A stretch of 64,000 bases of DNA, taken from NCBI GenBank assembly GCA_951406725.2, contig OX597821.1, positions 20,584,001 to 20,648,000 on the forward strand. Direction: 5' to 3'. The notes under the pieces are model-generated. The model saw nothing but the letters and a program-made list of their open reading frames with translations. It was not told the origin of the DNA and made no database searches. The position numbers were made by a program, and so were the translations under genes. This DNA is from Octopus vulgaris. Taxonomy: Eukaryota. Shown piece after piece: positions 14,401-29,400 of the stretch; the stretch's first letter is position 1, and each line of letters opens with the position of its first letter.

Positions 14401-17400
14401 GCTTTTGAATGAAAACGAGGCTTTGGAATGAAAACGAGGCTTTGGAATGAAAACGAGGCTTTAGAATCTAAACGAGGCTTTCGAATGAAAATGAGGCTTT
14501 AGAATGTAAATGAGGCATTGAAATGAAAAAAAGACTTTGGAATGAAAACGAGGCTTTAGTATGAAAACAAGACTTTGGACTGAAAACGACGCATTTGAAT
14601 GAAAAAGAGGCTTTAGAATCAAAACGAGGCTTTCGAATGAAAATGAGCCTTTAGAATGAAGACGAGGCTTTGGAACGAAAACGAGGCTTTGGAATGAAAA
14701 CAAGGCTTTAGAATGAAAACGAGGCTTTGGAATGAAAACGAGGCTTTGGAATGAAAATGAGGCTTTGGAATAAAAACGAGGGTTAGAATGAAAAAGGCTT
14801 TGGAATGAAAACAAGGCTTTGGAATGAAAACGAGGCTTTACAATGAGAACAAGTCTTGGGAAAGAAAACGAGACTTTAGAATGAAAACAAGGCTTTGGAA
14901 TGAAAACGAGGCTTAAGAAGGAAAAGAAGCCTTTGGAATGAAAACGAGGCTTTGGAATAAAAACGAGGCTTTAGAAAGAAAACGAGGCCTTGGAATGAAA
15001 ACGCGGCATTGGAAGGAAAACGAGGATTTAGAATGAAAACGTGGCTTTGGAATGAAAATGAGGCTTTAGAATGTAAACGAGGCTTTGGAATGAAAACGAG
15101 GCTTTGGAATGAAAACGAGGATTTAGAATAAAAACAAGGCTTTGCAACGGAAACGAGGCTTTGGAATGAAAACAAGGCTTTGCAACGAAAACGATACATT
15201 TGGAACGAAAACGAAGCTTTGGAATTAAAACGAGACTTTAGATTGAAAATGAGGCTGTGGAATAAAAACAAGGGTTAAAGAGAAAAAAAGGCTTCGGAAT
15301 GAAAACAAGGCTTTGGAATGAAAACGAACATTACAATGAGAACAAGGCTTGGGAGCGAAAACGAGGCTTTGGAATGAAAAAAAAGGCTTTGGAAAGAAAA
15401 AACAGGCTTTAGAACGAAAACGAAGCTTTAGAATGAAAACAAGGATTTGGAAAGAAATCAAGGCTTTGGAATGAGAACGAGGCTTTAGAATGAAAACAAG
15501 TCTTTGGAATGAAAACGAAGCTTTAGAATGAAAACAAGGCTTTGGAATGAAAATATGGCTTTGGAATGAAAACAAGGCTTTAGAATGAAAACGTGGCTTA
15601 GAATGAAAGCAAGTCTTTTGAATGAAAACGAGGCTTTAGAACGATAACAAGGCTTTGGAATGAAAACAAGTCTTTTGAAAGAAAACGTGTCTTTGGAATG
15701 AAAACAAGGCTTTAGAATGAAAACGAAGCCTTGGAATGAATGCAAGGCTTTGGAAAGAAAACGAGGCTTTAGAATGAAAACGGGGCATTGGAATGAAAAC
15801 GAGGCGTTAGAATCAAAACGAGGCTTTCAAATGAAACTGATGCTTTAGAATGTAAATGAGGCATTGGAATGAAAAAAAGACTTTGGAATTAAAACGAGGC
15901 TTTGGTATGAAAACAAGACTTTGGAAGGAAAACCACGCTTTTGAATGAAAACGAGGCTTTAGAATGAAAACGAGGCTTTGGAATGAAAATGAGCCTTTAG
16001 AATGAAGACAGCTTTGGAACGAAACGAGGCTCTGAATGAAGACTTAGAATGAAAAGAGGCTTTGGAACGAAAACGAGGCTTTGAATTAAAACGAATGAAA
16101 ACGAGGAAAATGAGGCGAAGCATTAGAATGAAAACGAGGCTTTGGAATGAAAGTGAATGCTTTGGAATGAAAACTTTGGAGGCTTTGATATGAAAACTAG
16201 GCTCTGGAATGAAAACAAATGGTTTGGAATAAAAACGAGGCTTTGGAATGAAAACGAGGCTTTGCTTATAAAACGAATGAAAACGAGGCTTTCGAAAGAA
16301 AACAAGGCTTTGGAATGAAAACGAGGCTCCGGAATGAAAACGAGGCTTTGGAATTAAAATGAGGCTTTGATATGAAAACGAGGCTTTGGAATGAAAACAA
16401 GTGTTTGGAATAAAAACGAGGCTTTAGGAGGCTTTGGAATGAAAACGAGGCTTCAGAATGTAATCTAAATGAGGCATTGGAATGAAAACGAGGCTTTGAA
16501 ATGAAAACGAGGCTTTGGAATGAAAACGAAGCAATAGTATGAAAATGAGGGTTTTGAATGAAGACGATGCTTTGGAAAGAAAACGAGGCTTTGGAATGAA
16601 AATTAGGCTTTCAAATGAAAACGAGGCTTGGGTATGAAAACGAGGCTTTAGAATGAAAACGAGGCTTTGGAATGAAAACGAGCCTTTAGAATGAAAACGG
16701 GTCATTGGAATGAAAACGAGGCTTTCGAATGAAAATTAGGGTTTAGAATGTAAACGACGCATTTGAATGAAAACGAGGCTTTAGAATGAAAACGAGGCTT
16801 TGGAATGAAAATGAGCCTTTAGAATGAAGACGAGGCTTTGGAACGAAAACGAGGCTTTGGAATGAAAACGAGGCTTTAGAATGGAAAGGAGGCTTTGGAA
16901 TGAAAACGAGTCTTTGGAATGAAAATGAGGCTTTGGAATGAAAACGAGGGTTAGAATGAAAACAAGGCTTTACAATAAAAACGAGGCTTTACAATGAGAA
17001 CATGTATTGGGAACGAAAACGAGACTTTAGAATGAAAACGAGGCTTTGGAATGAAAACGAGGCTTTGGAATGAAAACGAGGCTTTAGAATGAAAAGGAGG
17101 CTTTGGAATGAAAACGAGGCTTTAGGAATGAAAACGAGGCATTGAAATGAAAAAAAGTCTTGGGAAAGAAAACGAGACTTTAGAATGAAAACAAGGCTTT
17201 GGAATGAAAACGAGGCTTAAGAAGGAAAAGAAGCCTTTGGAATGAAAACGAGGCTTTGGAATGAAAACGAGGCTTTAGAATGAAAACGAGGCTTTGGAAT
17301 GAAAACGAGGCTTTGGAATGAAAACGAGGCTTTGGAATAAAACGAGGGTTAGAATGAAAAAGGCTTTGGAATGAAAACAAGGCTTTGGAATGAAAACGAG

Positions 17401-20400
17401 GCTTTACAATGAGAACAAGTCTTGGGAAAGAAAACGAGACTTTAGAATGAAAACAAGGCTTTGGAATGAAAACAGGCTTAAGAAGGAAAAGAAGCCTTTG
17501 GAATGAAAACGAGGCTTTGGAATAAAAACGAGGCTTTAGAAAGAAAACGAGGCCTTGGAATGAAAACGCGGCATTGGAAGGAAAACGAGGATTTAGAATG
17601 AAAACGTGGCTTTGGAATGAAAATGAGGCTTTAGAATGTAAACGAGGCTTTGGAATGAAAACGAGGCTTTGGAATGAAAACGAGGATTTAGAATAAAAAC
17701 AAGGCTTTGCAACGGAAACGAGGCTTTGGAATGAAAACAAGGCTTTGCAACGAAAACGATGCATTTGGAACGAAAACGAAGCTTTGGAATTAAAACGAGA
17801 CTTTAGATTGCTAAGCATGAGGCTGTGGAATAAAAACAAGGGTTAAAGAGAAAAAAAGGCTTCGGAATGAAAACAAGGCTTTGGAATGAAAACGAACATT
17901 ACAATGAGAACAAGGCTTGGGAGCGAAAACGAGGCTTTAGGAATGAAAAAACGAGGCTTTGGAAAGAAAAAAAGGCTTTGGAATGAAAAAAGGCTTTGGA
18001 ATGAAAACGAGGCTTTAGAACGAAAACGAAGCTTTAGAATGAAAACAAGGATTTGGAAAGAAATCAAGGCTTTGGAATGAGAACGAGGCTTTAGAATGAA
18101 AACAAGTCTTTGGAATGAAAACGAAGCTTTAGAATGAAAACAAGGCTTTGGAATGAAAATGTGGCTTTGGAATGAAAACAAGGCTTTAGAATGAAAACGT
18201 GGCTTAGAATGAAAACAAGTCTTTTGAATGAAAACGAGGCTTTAGAACGATAAAAAGGCTTTGGAATGAAAACAAGTCTTTTGAAAGAAAACGTGTCTTT
18301 GGAATGAAAACAAGGCTTTAGAATGAAAACGAAGCCTTGGAATGAATGCAAGGCTTTGGAAAGAAAACGAGGCTTTAGAATGAAAACGGGGCATTGGAAT
18401 GAAAACGAGGCGTTAGAATCAAAACGAGGCTTTCAAATGAAACTGATGCTTTAGAATGTAAATGAGGCATTGGAATGAAAAAAAGACTTTGGAATTAAAA
18501 CGAGGCTTTGGTATGAAAACAAGACTTTGGAATGGAAAACCACGCTTTTGAATGAAAACGAGGCTTTAGAATGAAAACGAGGCTTTGGAATGAAAATGAG
18601 CCTTTAGAATGAAGACGAGGCTTTGGAACGAAAACGAGGCTCTGGAATGAAAACGAGGCTTTAGAATGAAAACGAGGCTTTGGAATGAAAGTGAGGCTTT
18701 GGAATGAAAACGAGGCTTTGATATGAAAACGAGGCTCTGGAATGAAAACAAGGGTTTGGAATAAAAACGAGGCTTTAGAATGAAAACGAGGCTTTTGAAT
18801 TAAAACGAGGCTTTGGAATGAAAATGAGGCTTTAGAATGTAATCGATGCATTGGAATGAAAACGGGGCTTTGGAATGAAAATGAGGCTCTGGAATGAAAA
18901 CAAGACTTTGGAATGAAAATGAGGCATTGGAATGAAAACTAGGCTTTGGAATGAAAACAAGGCATTGGAATGAAAACGAGTCTTCAGTATGAAAACGAGG
19001 CATTGGAATGAAAATGAGGGTTTTGGAATGAAAACGAGGCTTTGGAAAGAAAACGAGGCTTTGGAATGAAAATTAGGCTTAAAATGAGAACGAGGCTTGG
19101 GAATGAAAACGAGGCTTTGGATCGAAAACGAGGAATCGGTATGAAAACGATGCTTTAGAATGAAAACGAGGCTTTGGAATGAAAACGAGGCTTCAGAATG
19201 AAAACGGGGCATTGGAATGAAAACGAGGCTTTAGAATCAAAACGAGGCTTTCGGATGAAAATGAGGCTTTAGAATGTAAATGAGGCATTGGAATGAAAAA
19301 ACGACTTTGGTATGAAAACGAGGCTTTGATATGAAAACAAGACTTTGGAATGAAAACAACGCTTTTGAATGAAAACGAGGCTTTAGAATGAAGACAAGGC
19401 TTTGGACGAAAACGAGGCTTTGGAATGAAAACGATGCTTTAGAATGAAAACGAGGCTTTGGAATGAAAACGAGACTTTGGAATGAAAACGAGGCTTTGAT
19501 ATGAAAACGAGGCTTTAGAATGAAAACGGGTCATTGGAATGAAAACGAGGCTTTTGAATGAAAACGAGGCTTTGGAATGAAAGCAAGACTTTGGAATGAA
19601 AATAATGCATTGGAATGAAAACGAGGCTTTGGAATGAAAACGAGGCTTTAGTATGAAAACGAGGCTTTGGAATGAAAATGAGGGTTTTGAATGAAGACGA
19701 GGCTTTGGAATGAAAACGAGGCTTTGGAATGAAAACGAGGAGTCGGTATGAAAACGAGGCTTTAGAATGAAAGTGATGCTTTGGATAGAAAACTAGTCTT
19801 TGGAATGAAAACGAAGCATTGGAATAAAAACAAAGCGTTAGAATGAAAACAAGGCTTTTGATCGAAAACGAGGCTTTCGAAAGAAAACAAGGCTTTGGAA
19901 TGAAAACGAGGCTCCGGAATGAAAACGAGGCTTTGGAATGAAAATGAGGCTTTGATATGAAAACGAGGCTTTGGAATGAAAACAAGTGTTTGGAATAAAA
20001 ACGAGGCTTTAGAATGTAATCTAAATGAGGCATTGGAATGAAAACGAGGCTTTGAAATGAAAACGAGGCATTGGAATGAAAACGAAGCAATAGTATGAAA
20101 ATGAGGGTTTTGAATGAAGACGATGCTTTGAAAGAAAACGAGGCTTTGGAATGAAAATTAGGCTTTCAAATGAAAACGAGGCTTGGGTATGAAAACGAGG
20201 CTTTAGAATGAAAACGAGGCTTTGGAATGAAAACGAGCCTTTAGAATGAAAACGGGTCATTGGAATGAAAACGAGGCTTTCGAATGAAAATTAGGGTTTA
20301 GAATGTAAATGAGGCATTGGAATGAAAAAAAGACTTTGGAATGAAAACGAGGCTTTGGTATGAAAACAAGACTTTGGAATGAAAACGACGCATTTGAATG

Positions 20401-23400
20401 AAAACGAGGCTTTAGAATGAAAACGAGGCTTTGGAATGAAAATGAGCCTTTAGAATGAAGACGAGGCTTTGGAACGAAAACGAGGCTTTGGAATGAAAAC
20501 GAGGCTTTAGAATGGAAAGGAGGCTTTGGAATGAAAACGAGTCTTTGGAATGAAAATGAGGCTTTGGAATAAAAACGAGGGTTAGAATGAAAACAAGGCT
20601 TTACAATAAAAACGAGGCTTTACAATGAGAACATGTCTTGGGAACGAAAACGAGACTTTAGAATGAAAACAAGGCTTTGGAATGAAAACGAGGCTTTGGA
20701 ATGAAAACGAGGCTTTAGAATGAAAAGGAGGCTTTGGAATGAAAACGAGGCTTTGGAATGAAAATGAGGCTTTGGAATAAAAACGAGGGTTAGAATGAAA
20801 ACAAGGCTTTACAATAAAAACGAGGCTTTACAATGAGAACATGTCTTGGGAACGAAAACGAGACTTTAGAATGAAAACAAGGCTTTGGAATGAAAACGAG
20901 GCTTTAGAAGGAAAACAAGTCTTTGGAATGAAAACGAGGCTTTGGAATGAAAACGAGGCTTTAGAAAGAAAACGAAGCTTTGGAATGAAAACGCGGCATT
21001 GGAGTGAAAACGAGGATTTAGAATGAAAACGGGGCTTGGGAATGAAAACGAGGCTTTGGAATGAAAACGAGGCTTTGGAATGAAAACGAGGATTTAGAAT
21101 AAAAACAAGGCTTTGCAACGGAAACGAGGCTTTGGAATGAAAACAAGGCTTTGCAACGAAAACGATGCATTTGGAACGAAAACGAAGCTTTGGAATTAAA
21201 ACGAGGCAAAATTTGCTAAGCATTGAGGCTGTGGAATAAAAACAAGGGTCAAAAAGAAAAAAGGCTTCGGAATCAAAACTAGGCTTTCGAATGGAAACGA
21301 ACATTACAATGAGAACAAGGCTTGGGAGCGAAAACGAGGCTTTAGAATGAAAAAAGGCTTTGGAATGAAAAAAAGGCTTTGGAATGAAAAAAAGGCTTTG
21401 GAATGAAAACGAGGCTTTAGAACGAAAACGAGGCTTTAGAATGAAAACAAGGATTTAGAATGAAAACGGGGCTTGGGAATGAAAACGAAGCTTTAGAATG
21501 AAACAAGGCTTTGGAATGAAAATGTGGTTTGGAATGAAAACAAGGCTTTAGAATGAAAACGTGGCTTAGAATGAAAACAAGTCTTTTGAATGAAAACGAG
21601 GCTTTAGAACGATAACAAGGCTTTGGAATGAAAACAAGTCTTTTGAAAGAAAACGTGTCTTTGGAATGAAAACAAGGCTTTAGAATGAAAACGAAGCTTT
21701 GGAATGAAAGCAAGGCTTTGGAAAGAAAACGAGGCTTTACAATGAAAACGGGGCATTGGAATGAAAACGAGGCGTTAGAATCAAAACGAGGCTTTCAAAT
21801 GAAACTGAGGCTTTAGAATGTAAATGAGGCATTGGAATGAAAAAAAGACTTTGGAATTAAAACGAGGCTTTGGTATGAAAACAAGACTTTGGAATGAAAA
21901 CGACGATTTTGAATGAAAACGAGGCTTTAGAGAGAAAAAGAGGCTTTGGAATGAAAATGAGCCTTTAGAATGAAGACGAGGCTTTGGAACGAAAACGAGG
22001 CTCTGGAATGAAAACGAGGCTTTAGAATGAAAACGAGGCTTTGGAATGAAAATGAGGCTTTGATATGAAAACGAGGCTCTGGAATGAAAACAAGGGTTTG
22101 GAATAAAAACGAGGCTTTAGAATGAAAACGAGGCTTTTGAATTAAAACGAGGCTTTGGTGTGAAAATGAGGCTTTAGAATGTAATCGATGCATTGGAATG
22201 AAAACGGGGCTTTGGAATGAAAATGAGGCTCTGGAATGAAAACAAGACTATGGAATGAAAATGAGGCATTGGAATGAAAACGAGGCTTTGGAATGAAAAC
22301 AAGGCATTGGAATGAAAACGAGTCTTCAGTATGAAAACGAGGCATTGGAATGAAAATGAGGGTTTTGAATGAAGACGAGGCTTTGGAAAGAAAACGAGGC
22401 TTTGGAATGAAAATTAGGCTTAAAAATGAAAACGAGGCTTGGGAATGAAAACGAGGCTTTGGATCGAAAACGAGGAATCGGTATGAAAACGAGGCTTTAG
22501 AATGAAAACGAGGCTTTGGAATGAAAAGGAGGCTTCAGAATGAAAACGGGGCATTGGAATGAAAACGAGGCTTTAGAATCAAAACGAGGCTTTCGGATGA
22601 AAATGAGGCTTTAGAATGTAAATGAGGCATTGGAATGAAAAAACGACTTTGGTATGAAAACGAGGCTTTGATATGAAAACAAGACTTTGGAATGAAAACA
22701 ACGCTTTTGAATGAAAACGATGCTTTAGAATAAAAACGAGGCTTTGGAATGAAAACGAGGCTTTTGAATGAAAACGAGGTTTTGATATGAAAACGAGGCT
22801 TTAGAATGAAAACGGGGCATTGGAATGAAAACGAGGCTTTTGAATGAAAACGAGGCTTTGGAATGAAAATGAGGGTTTTGAATGAAGACGAGGCTTTGGA
22901 ATGAAAACGAGGCTTTGGAATGAAAACGAGGCTTTGGAATGAAAACGAGGCTTTTGAATGAAAACGAGGCTTTGGAATGAAAGCAAGACTTTGGAATGAA
23001 AATAATGCATTGGAATGAAAACGAGGCTTTGGAATGAAAACGAGGCTTTGGAATGAAAATGAGGGTTTTGAATGAAGACGAGGCTTTGGAATGAAAACGA
23101 GGCTTTGGAATGAAAACGAGGAGTCGGTATGAAAACGAGGCTTTAGAATGAAAGAGATGCTTTGGATAGAAAACTAGTCTTTGGAATGAAAACGAAGCAT
23201 TGGAATAAAAACAAAGCGTTAGAATGAAAACAAGGCGTTTGATCGAAAACGAGGCTTTAGAATGAAAAGAAGGCTTTGGAATGAAAACGAGGCTCCGTAA
23301 TGAAAACGAGGCTTTGGAATGAAAATGAGGCTTTGATATGAAAACGAGGCTTTGGAATGAAAACAAGTGTTTGGAATAAAAACGAGGCTTTAGAATGTAA

Positions 23401-26400
23401 TCTAAATGAGGCATTGGAATGAAAACGAGGCTTTGGAATGAAAACAAGGCATTGGAATGAAAACGAAGCAATAGTATGAAAATGAGGGTTTTGAATGAAG
23501 ACGAGGCTTTAGAATGAAAACGAGGCTTTGGAATGAAAACGAGGCTTTGGAATGAAAACGGGGCATTGGAATGAAAACGAGGCTTTAGAATCAAAACGAG
23601 GCTTTCGAATGAGAATTTGGGTTTAGAATGTAAATGAGGAATTGGAATGAAAAAAAGACTTTGGAATGAAAACGAGGCTTTGGTATGAAAACAAGACTTT
23701 GGAATGAAAACGACGCATTTGAATGAAAACGAGGCTTTAGAATGAAAACGAGGCTTTGGAATGAAAATGAGCATTTAGAATGAAGACGAGGCTTTGGAAC
23801 GAAAACGAGGCTTTGGAATGAAAACGAGGTTTTAGAATGAAAAGGAGGCTTTGGAATGAAAACGATTCTTTGGAATGAAAATGAGGCTTTGGAATAAAAA
23901 CGAGGGTTAGAATGAAAACAAGTCTTTACAATAAAAACGAGGCTTTACAATGAGAACATGTCTTGGAAACGAAAACGAGACTTTAAAATGAAAACAAGGC
24001 TTTGGAATGAAAACGAGGCTTTGGAATGAAAACGAGGCTTTAGAATGAAAAGGAGGCTTTGGAATGAAAACGAGGCTTTGGAATGAAAATGAGGCTTTGA
24101 AATAAAAACGAGGGTTAGAATGAAAACAAGGCTTTACAATAAAAACGAGGCTTTACAATGAGAACATGTCTTGGGAACGAAAACGAGACTTTAGAATGAA
24201 AACAAGGCTTTGGAATGAAAACGAGGCTTTAGAAGGAAAACAAGTCTTTGGAATGAAAACGAGGCTTTGGAATGAAAACGAGGCTTTAGAAAGAAAACGA
24301 AGCTTTGGAATGAAAACGCGGCATTGGAGTGAAAACGAGGATTTAGAATGAAAACGAGGCTTGGGAATGAAAACGAGGCTTTGGAATGAAAACGAGGCTT
24401 TGGAATGAAAACGAGGATTTAGAATAAAAACAAGGCTTTGCAACGGAAACGAGGCTTTGGAATGAAAACAAGGCTTTGCAACGAAAACGATGCATATGGA
24501 ACGAAAACGAAGCTTTGGAATTAAAACGAGGCAAAATTTGCTAAGCATTGAGGCTGTGGAATAAAAACAAGGGTTAAAAAAAAAAGGCTTCGGAATCAAA
24601 ACAAGGCTTTCGAATGAAAACGAACATTACAATGAGAACAAGGCTTGGGAGCGAAAACGAGGCTTTAGAATGAAAAAAGGCTTTGGAATTAAAACGAGAC
24701 TTTATACAGTAAACAAGGCTTTGGAATGAAAAAAGGCTTTGGAATGAAAACGAGGCTTTAGAACGAAAACGAGGCGTTAGAATGAAAACAAGGATTTGGA
24801 AAGAAATCATGGCTTTGGAATGAGAACGAGGCTTTAGATTGAAAACAAGTCTTTGGAATGAAAACGAAGCTTTAGAATGAAACAAGGCTTTGGAATGAAA
24901 ATGTGGTTTCGAATGAAAACAAGGCTTTAGAATGAAAACGTGGCTTAGAATGAAAACAAGTCTTTTGAAAGAAAACGAGGCTTTAGAACGATAATAAGGC
25001 TTTGGAATGAAAACAGGTCTTTGGAATGAAAACAAGGCTTTTGAAAGAAAACATGTCTTTGGAATGAAAACAAGGCTTTGGAAAGAAAACGAGGCTTTAG
25101 AATGAATACGAAGCTTTGGAATGAAAGCAAGGCTTTGGAATGAAAACGAGGCTTTACAATGAAAACGGGTCATTGGAATGAAAACGAGGCGTTAGAATCA
25201 AAACGAGGCTTTCGAATGAAACTGAGGCTTTAGAATGTAAATGAGGCATTGGAATGAAAAAAAGACATTGAAATTAAAACGAGGCATTGGTATGAAAACA
25301 AGACTTTGGAATGAAAAATACGCTTTTGAATGAAAACGAGGCTTTAGAATGAAAACGAGGCTTTGGAATGAAATTAGCCTTTAGAATGAAGACGAGGCTT
25401 TGGAACGAATACGAGGCTCTGGAATGAAAACGAGACTTTAGAATGAAAACAAGGCTTTGGAATGAAAACGTGTCTTTCGAATGAAAACAAGGCTTTGGAA
25501 AGAAAACGAGACTTTTGTATGAAAACGAGGCTATAGAATGAAAACGAAGCTTTGGAATGAAAGCAAGGCTTTGGAATGAAAACGAGGCTTTAGAATGAAA
25601 ACGGGGCATTGGAATGAAAACGAGGCTTTAGAATGAAAACGTGGCTTTGGAATGAAAATGACGCTTTAGAATGAAAACGAGGCTTTGGAATGAAAACGAG
25701 CCTCTGGAATGAAAACGAGGCTTTAGAATGAAAACGAGGCTTTGGAATGAAAACGAGGCTTTGGAATGAAAACGAGGCTTTGATATGAAAACGAGGCTTT
25801 GGAATGAAAACAAGGGTTTGGAATGAGAACTAGGCTTTAGAATGAAAACGGGGCATTGGAATTAAAACGAGGCTTTTGAATTAAAACGAGGCTTTGGAAT
25901 GAAAATGAGGCTTTAGAATGTAATCGATGCTTTGGAATGAAAACGAGGCTTTGGAATGAAAATGAGGCTTTGGAATGAAAACAAGACTTTGGAATGAAAA
26001 TGAGGCATTGGAATGAAAACGAGGCTTTGGAATGAAAACGAGGCATTGGAATGAAAACGAGGCAATGGTATGAAAACGAGGTTTGGAATGAAAATGAGGG
26101 TTTTGAATGAAGACGAGGCTTTGGAAAGAAAACTAGGCTTTGGATTGAAAATTAGGAATTAAAATGAAAACGAGGCTTTGGGAATGAAAACGAGGCTTGG
26201 GAGTGAAAACGATGCTTTGGAATGAAAACGAGGAGTCGGTATGAAAACGAGGCTTTAGAATGAAAACGAGGCTTTGGAATGAAAACGAGGCTTTTAAATG
26301 AAAACGGGGCATTGGAATGAAAACGAGGCTTTGGAATCAAAACGAGGCTTTCGAATGAAAATGAGGCTTTAGAATGTAAATGAGGCATTGGAATGAAAAA

Positions 26401-29400
26401 AAGACTTTGGAATGAAAACGAGGCTTTAGTATGAAAACAAGACTTTGGACTGAAAACGACGCATTTGAATGAAAAAGAGGCTTTAGAATGAAAACGAGGC
26501 TTTGGAATGAAAATGAGCCTTTAGAATGAAGACGAGGCTTTGGAACGAAAACGAGGCTTTGGAATGAAAACAAGGCTTTAGAATGAAAACGAGGCTTTGG
26601 AATGAAAACGAGGCTTTGGAATGAAAATGAGGCTTTGGAATAAAAACGAGGGTTAGAATGAAAAAGGCTTTGGAATGAAAACAAGGCTTTGGAATTAAAA
26701 CGAGGCTTTACAATGAGAACAAGTCTTGGGAACGAAAACGAGACTTTAGAATGAAAACAAGGCTTTGGAATGAAAACGAGGCTTTAGAAGGAAAACAAGC
26801 CTTTGGAATGAAAATGAGGCTTTGGAAAAAAACGAGGCTTTAGAAAGAAAACGAGGCTTTGGAATGAAAACGCGGCATTGGAAGGAAAACGAGGATTTAG
26901 AATGAAAACGTGGCTTTGGAATGAAAATGAGGCTTTAGAATGTAAACGAGGCTTTGGAATGAAAACGAGGCTTTGGAATGAAAACGAGGCTTTGGAATGA
27001 AAACGAGGATTTAGAATAAAAACAAGGCTTTGCAACAGAAACGAGGCTTTGGAATGAAAACAAGGCTTTGCAACGAAAACGATGCATTTGGAACGAAAAC
27101 GAAGCTTTCGAATTAAAACGAGACTTTAGATTGAAAATGAGGCTGTGGAATAAAAACAAGGGTTAAAAAGAAAAAAATGCTTCGGAATGAAAACAAGGCT
27201 TTGGAATGAAAACGAACATTACAATGAGAACAAGGCTTGGGAGCGAAAACGAGGCTTTGGAATGAAAAAAATGCTTTGGAAAGAAAACAGGCTTTAGAAC
27301 GAAAACGAGGCTATAGAATGAAAACAAGGATTTGGAAAGAAATCAAGGCTTTGGAATGAGAACGAGGCTTTAGAATGAAAACAAGTCTTTGGAATGAAAA
27401 CGAAGCTTTAGAATGAAAACAAGGCTTTGGATTAAAATATGGCTTTGGAATGAAAACAAGGCTTTAGAATGAAAACGTGGCTTAGAATGAAAACAAGTCT
27501 TTTGAAAGAAAACGTGTCTTTGGAATGAAAACAAGGCTTTAGAATGAAAACGAAGCTTTGGAATGAAAGCAAGGCTTTGGAAAGAAAACGAGGCTTTAGA
27601 ATGAAAACGGGCATTGGAATGAAAACGAGGCGTTAGAATCAAAACAAGGCTTTCAAATGAAACTGAGGCTTTAGAATGTAAATGAGGCATTGGAATGAAA
27701 AAAAGACTTTAGAATTAAAACGAGGCTTTGGTATTAAAACGAGGCTTTAGAATGAAGACGAGGCTTTGGAACGAAAACGAGGCTCTGGAATGAAAACGAG
27801 GCTTTAGAATGAAAACGAGGCTTTGGAATGAAAATGAGGCTTTGGAATGAAAACGAGGCTTTGATATGAAAACGAGGCTCTGGAATGAAAACAAGGGTTT
27901 GGAATAAAAACGAGGCTTTAGAATGAAAACGAGGCTTTTGCATTAAAACGAGGCTTTTGAATGAAAATGAGGCTTTAGAATGTAATCGATGCATTGGAAT
28001 GAAAGCGGGGCTTTGGAATGAAAATGAGGCTTTGGAATGAAAACAAGACTTTGGAATGAAAATGAGGCATTGGAATGAAAACGAGGCATTGGAATGAAAA
28101 CGAGTCTTCAGTATGAAAACGAGGCATTGGAATGAAAATGAGGGTTTTGAATGAAGACGAGGCTTTGGAAAGAAAACGAGGCTTTGGAATGAAAATTAGG
28201 CTTAAAAATGAAAATGAGGCTTGGGAATGAAAACGAGGCTTTGGATCGAAAACGAGGAATCGGTATGAAATCGAGGCTTTAGAATGAAAACGAGGCTTTG
28301 GAATGAAAAGGAGGCTTCAGAATGAAAACGGGGCATTGGTATGAAAACGAGGCTTTAGAATCAAAACGAGGCTTTCGGATGAAAATGAGGCTTTAGAATG
28401 TAAATGAGGCATTGGAATGAAAAAACGACTTTGGTATGAAAACGAGGCTTTGATATGAAAACAAGACTTTGGAATGAAAACACCGCTTTTGAATGAAAAC
28501 GAGGCTTTAGAATGAAGACAAGGCTTTGGACGAAAACGAGGCTTTGGAATGAAAACGATGCTTTAGAATGAAAACGAGGCTTTGGAATGAAAACGAGGCT
28601 TTGGAATGAAAACGAAGCTTTGATATGAAAACGAGGCTTTATAATGAAAACGGGGCATTGGAATGAAAACGAGGCTTTTGAATGAAAACGAGGCTTTGGA
28701 ATGAAAGCAAGACTTTGGAATGAAAATAATGCATTGGAATGAAAACGAGGCTTTGGAATGAAAACGAGGCTTTAGTATGAAAACGCGGCTTTGGAATGAA
28801 AATGAGGGTTTTGAATGAAAACTAGTCTTTGGAATGAAAACGAAGCATTGGAATGAAAACAAAGCGTTAGAATGAAAACAAGGCTTTTGATCGAAAACGA
28901 GGCTTTAGAATGAAAACAAGGCTTTGGAATGAAAACGAGGCTTTGGAGTAAAAACAAGGCTTTGGAATGAAAACGAGGCTTTGGAATGAAAATGATGCTT
29001 TTGAATGAAAACGAGGCTTTAGAAAGAAAACAAGGCTTTGGAATGAAAACAAGGCTTTGGAATGAAAACGAGGCATTGGAACGGAAACGAGGCTTTGGAA
29101 TGAAAACGAAGCTTTGGAAATAAAACGAGGCTTCAGAATAAAAATGAGGCTTTGGAATAAAAACGAGGGTTAGAATGAAAAAAGGCTTTGGAATGAAAAA
29201 GGCTTTGGAATGAAAACGAGGCTTTAGAATGAAAACGAGCCTTTAGAAAGAAAACGAGGCTTTGGAATGAAAACAAGGCTTCGGAATGAAAACGAGGCTA
29301 TAGAATGAAAAATGGGCATTGGAATGAAAACGAGGATTTAAAATGAAAACGAGGCTTTGGAATGAAAACGAGGTTTTAGAATGAAAACGGGTCATTGGAA

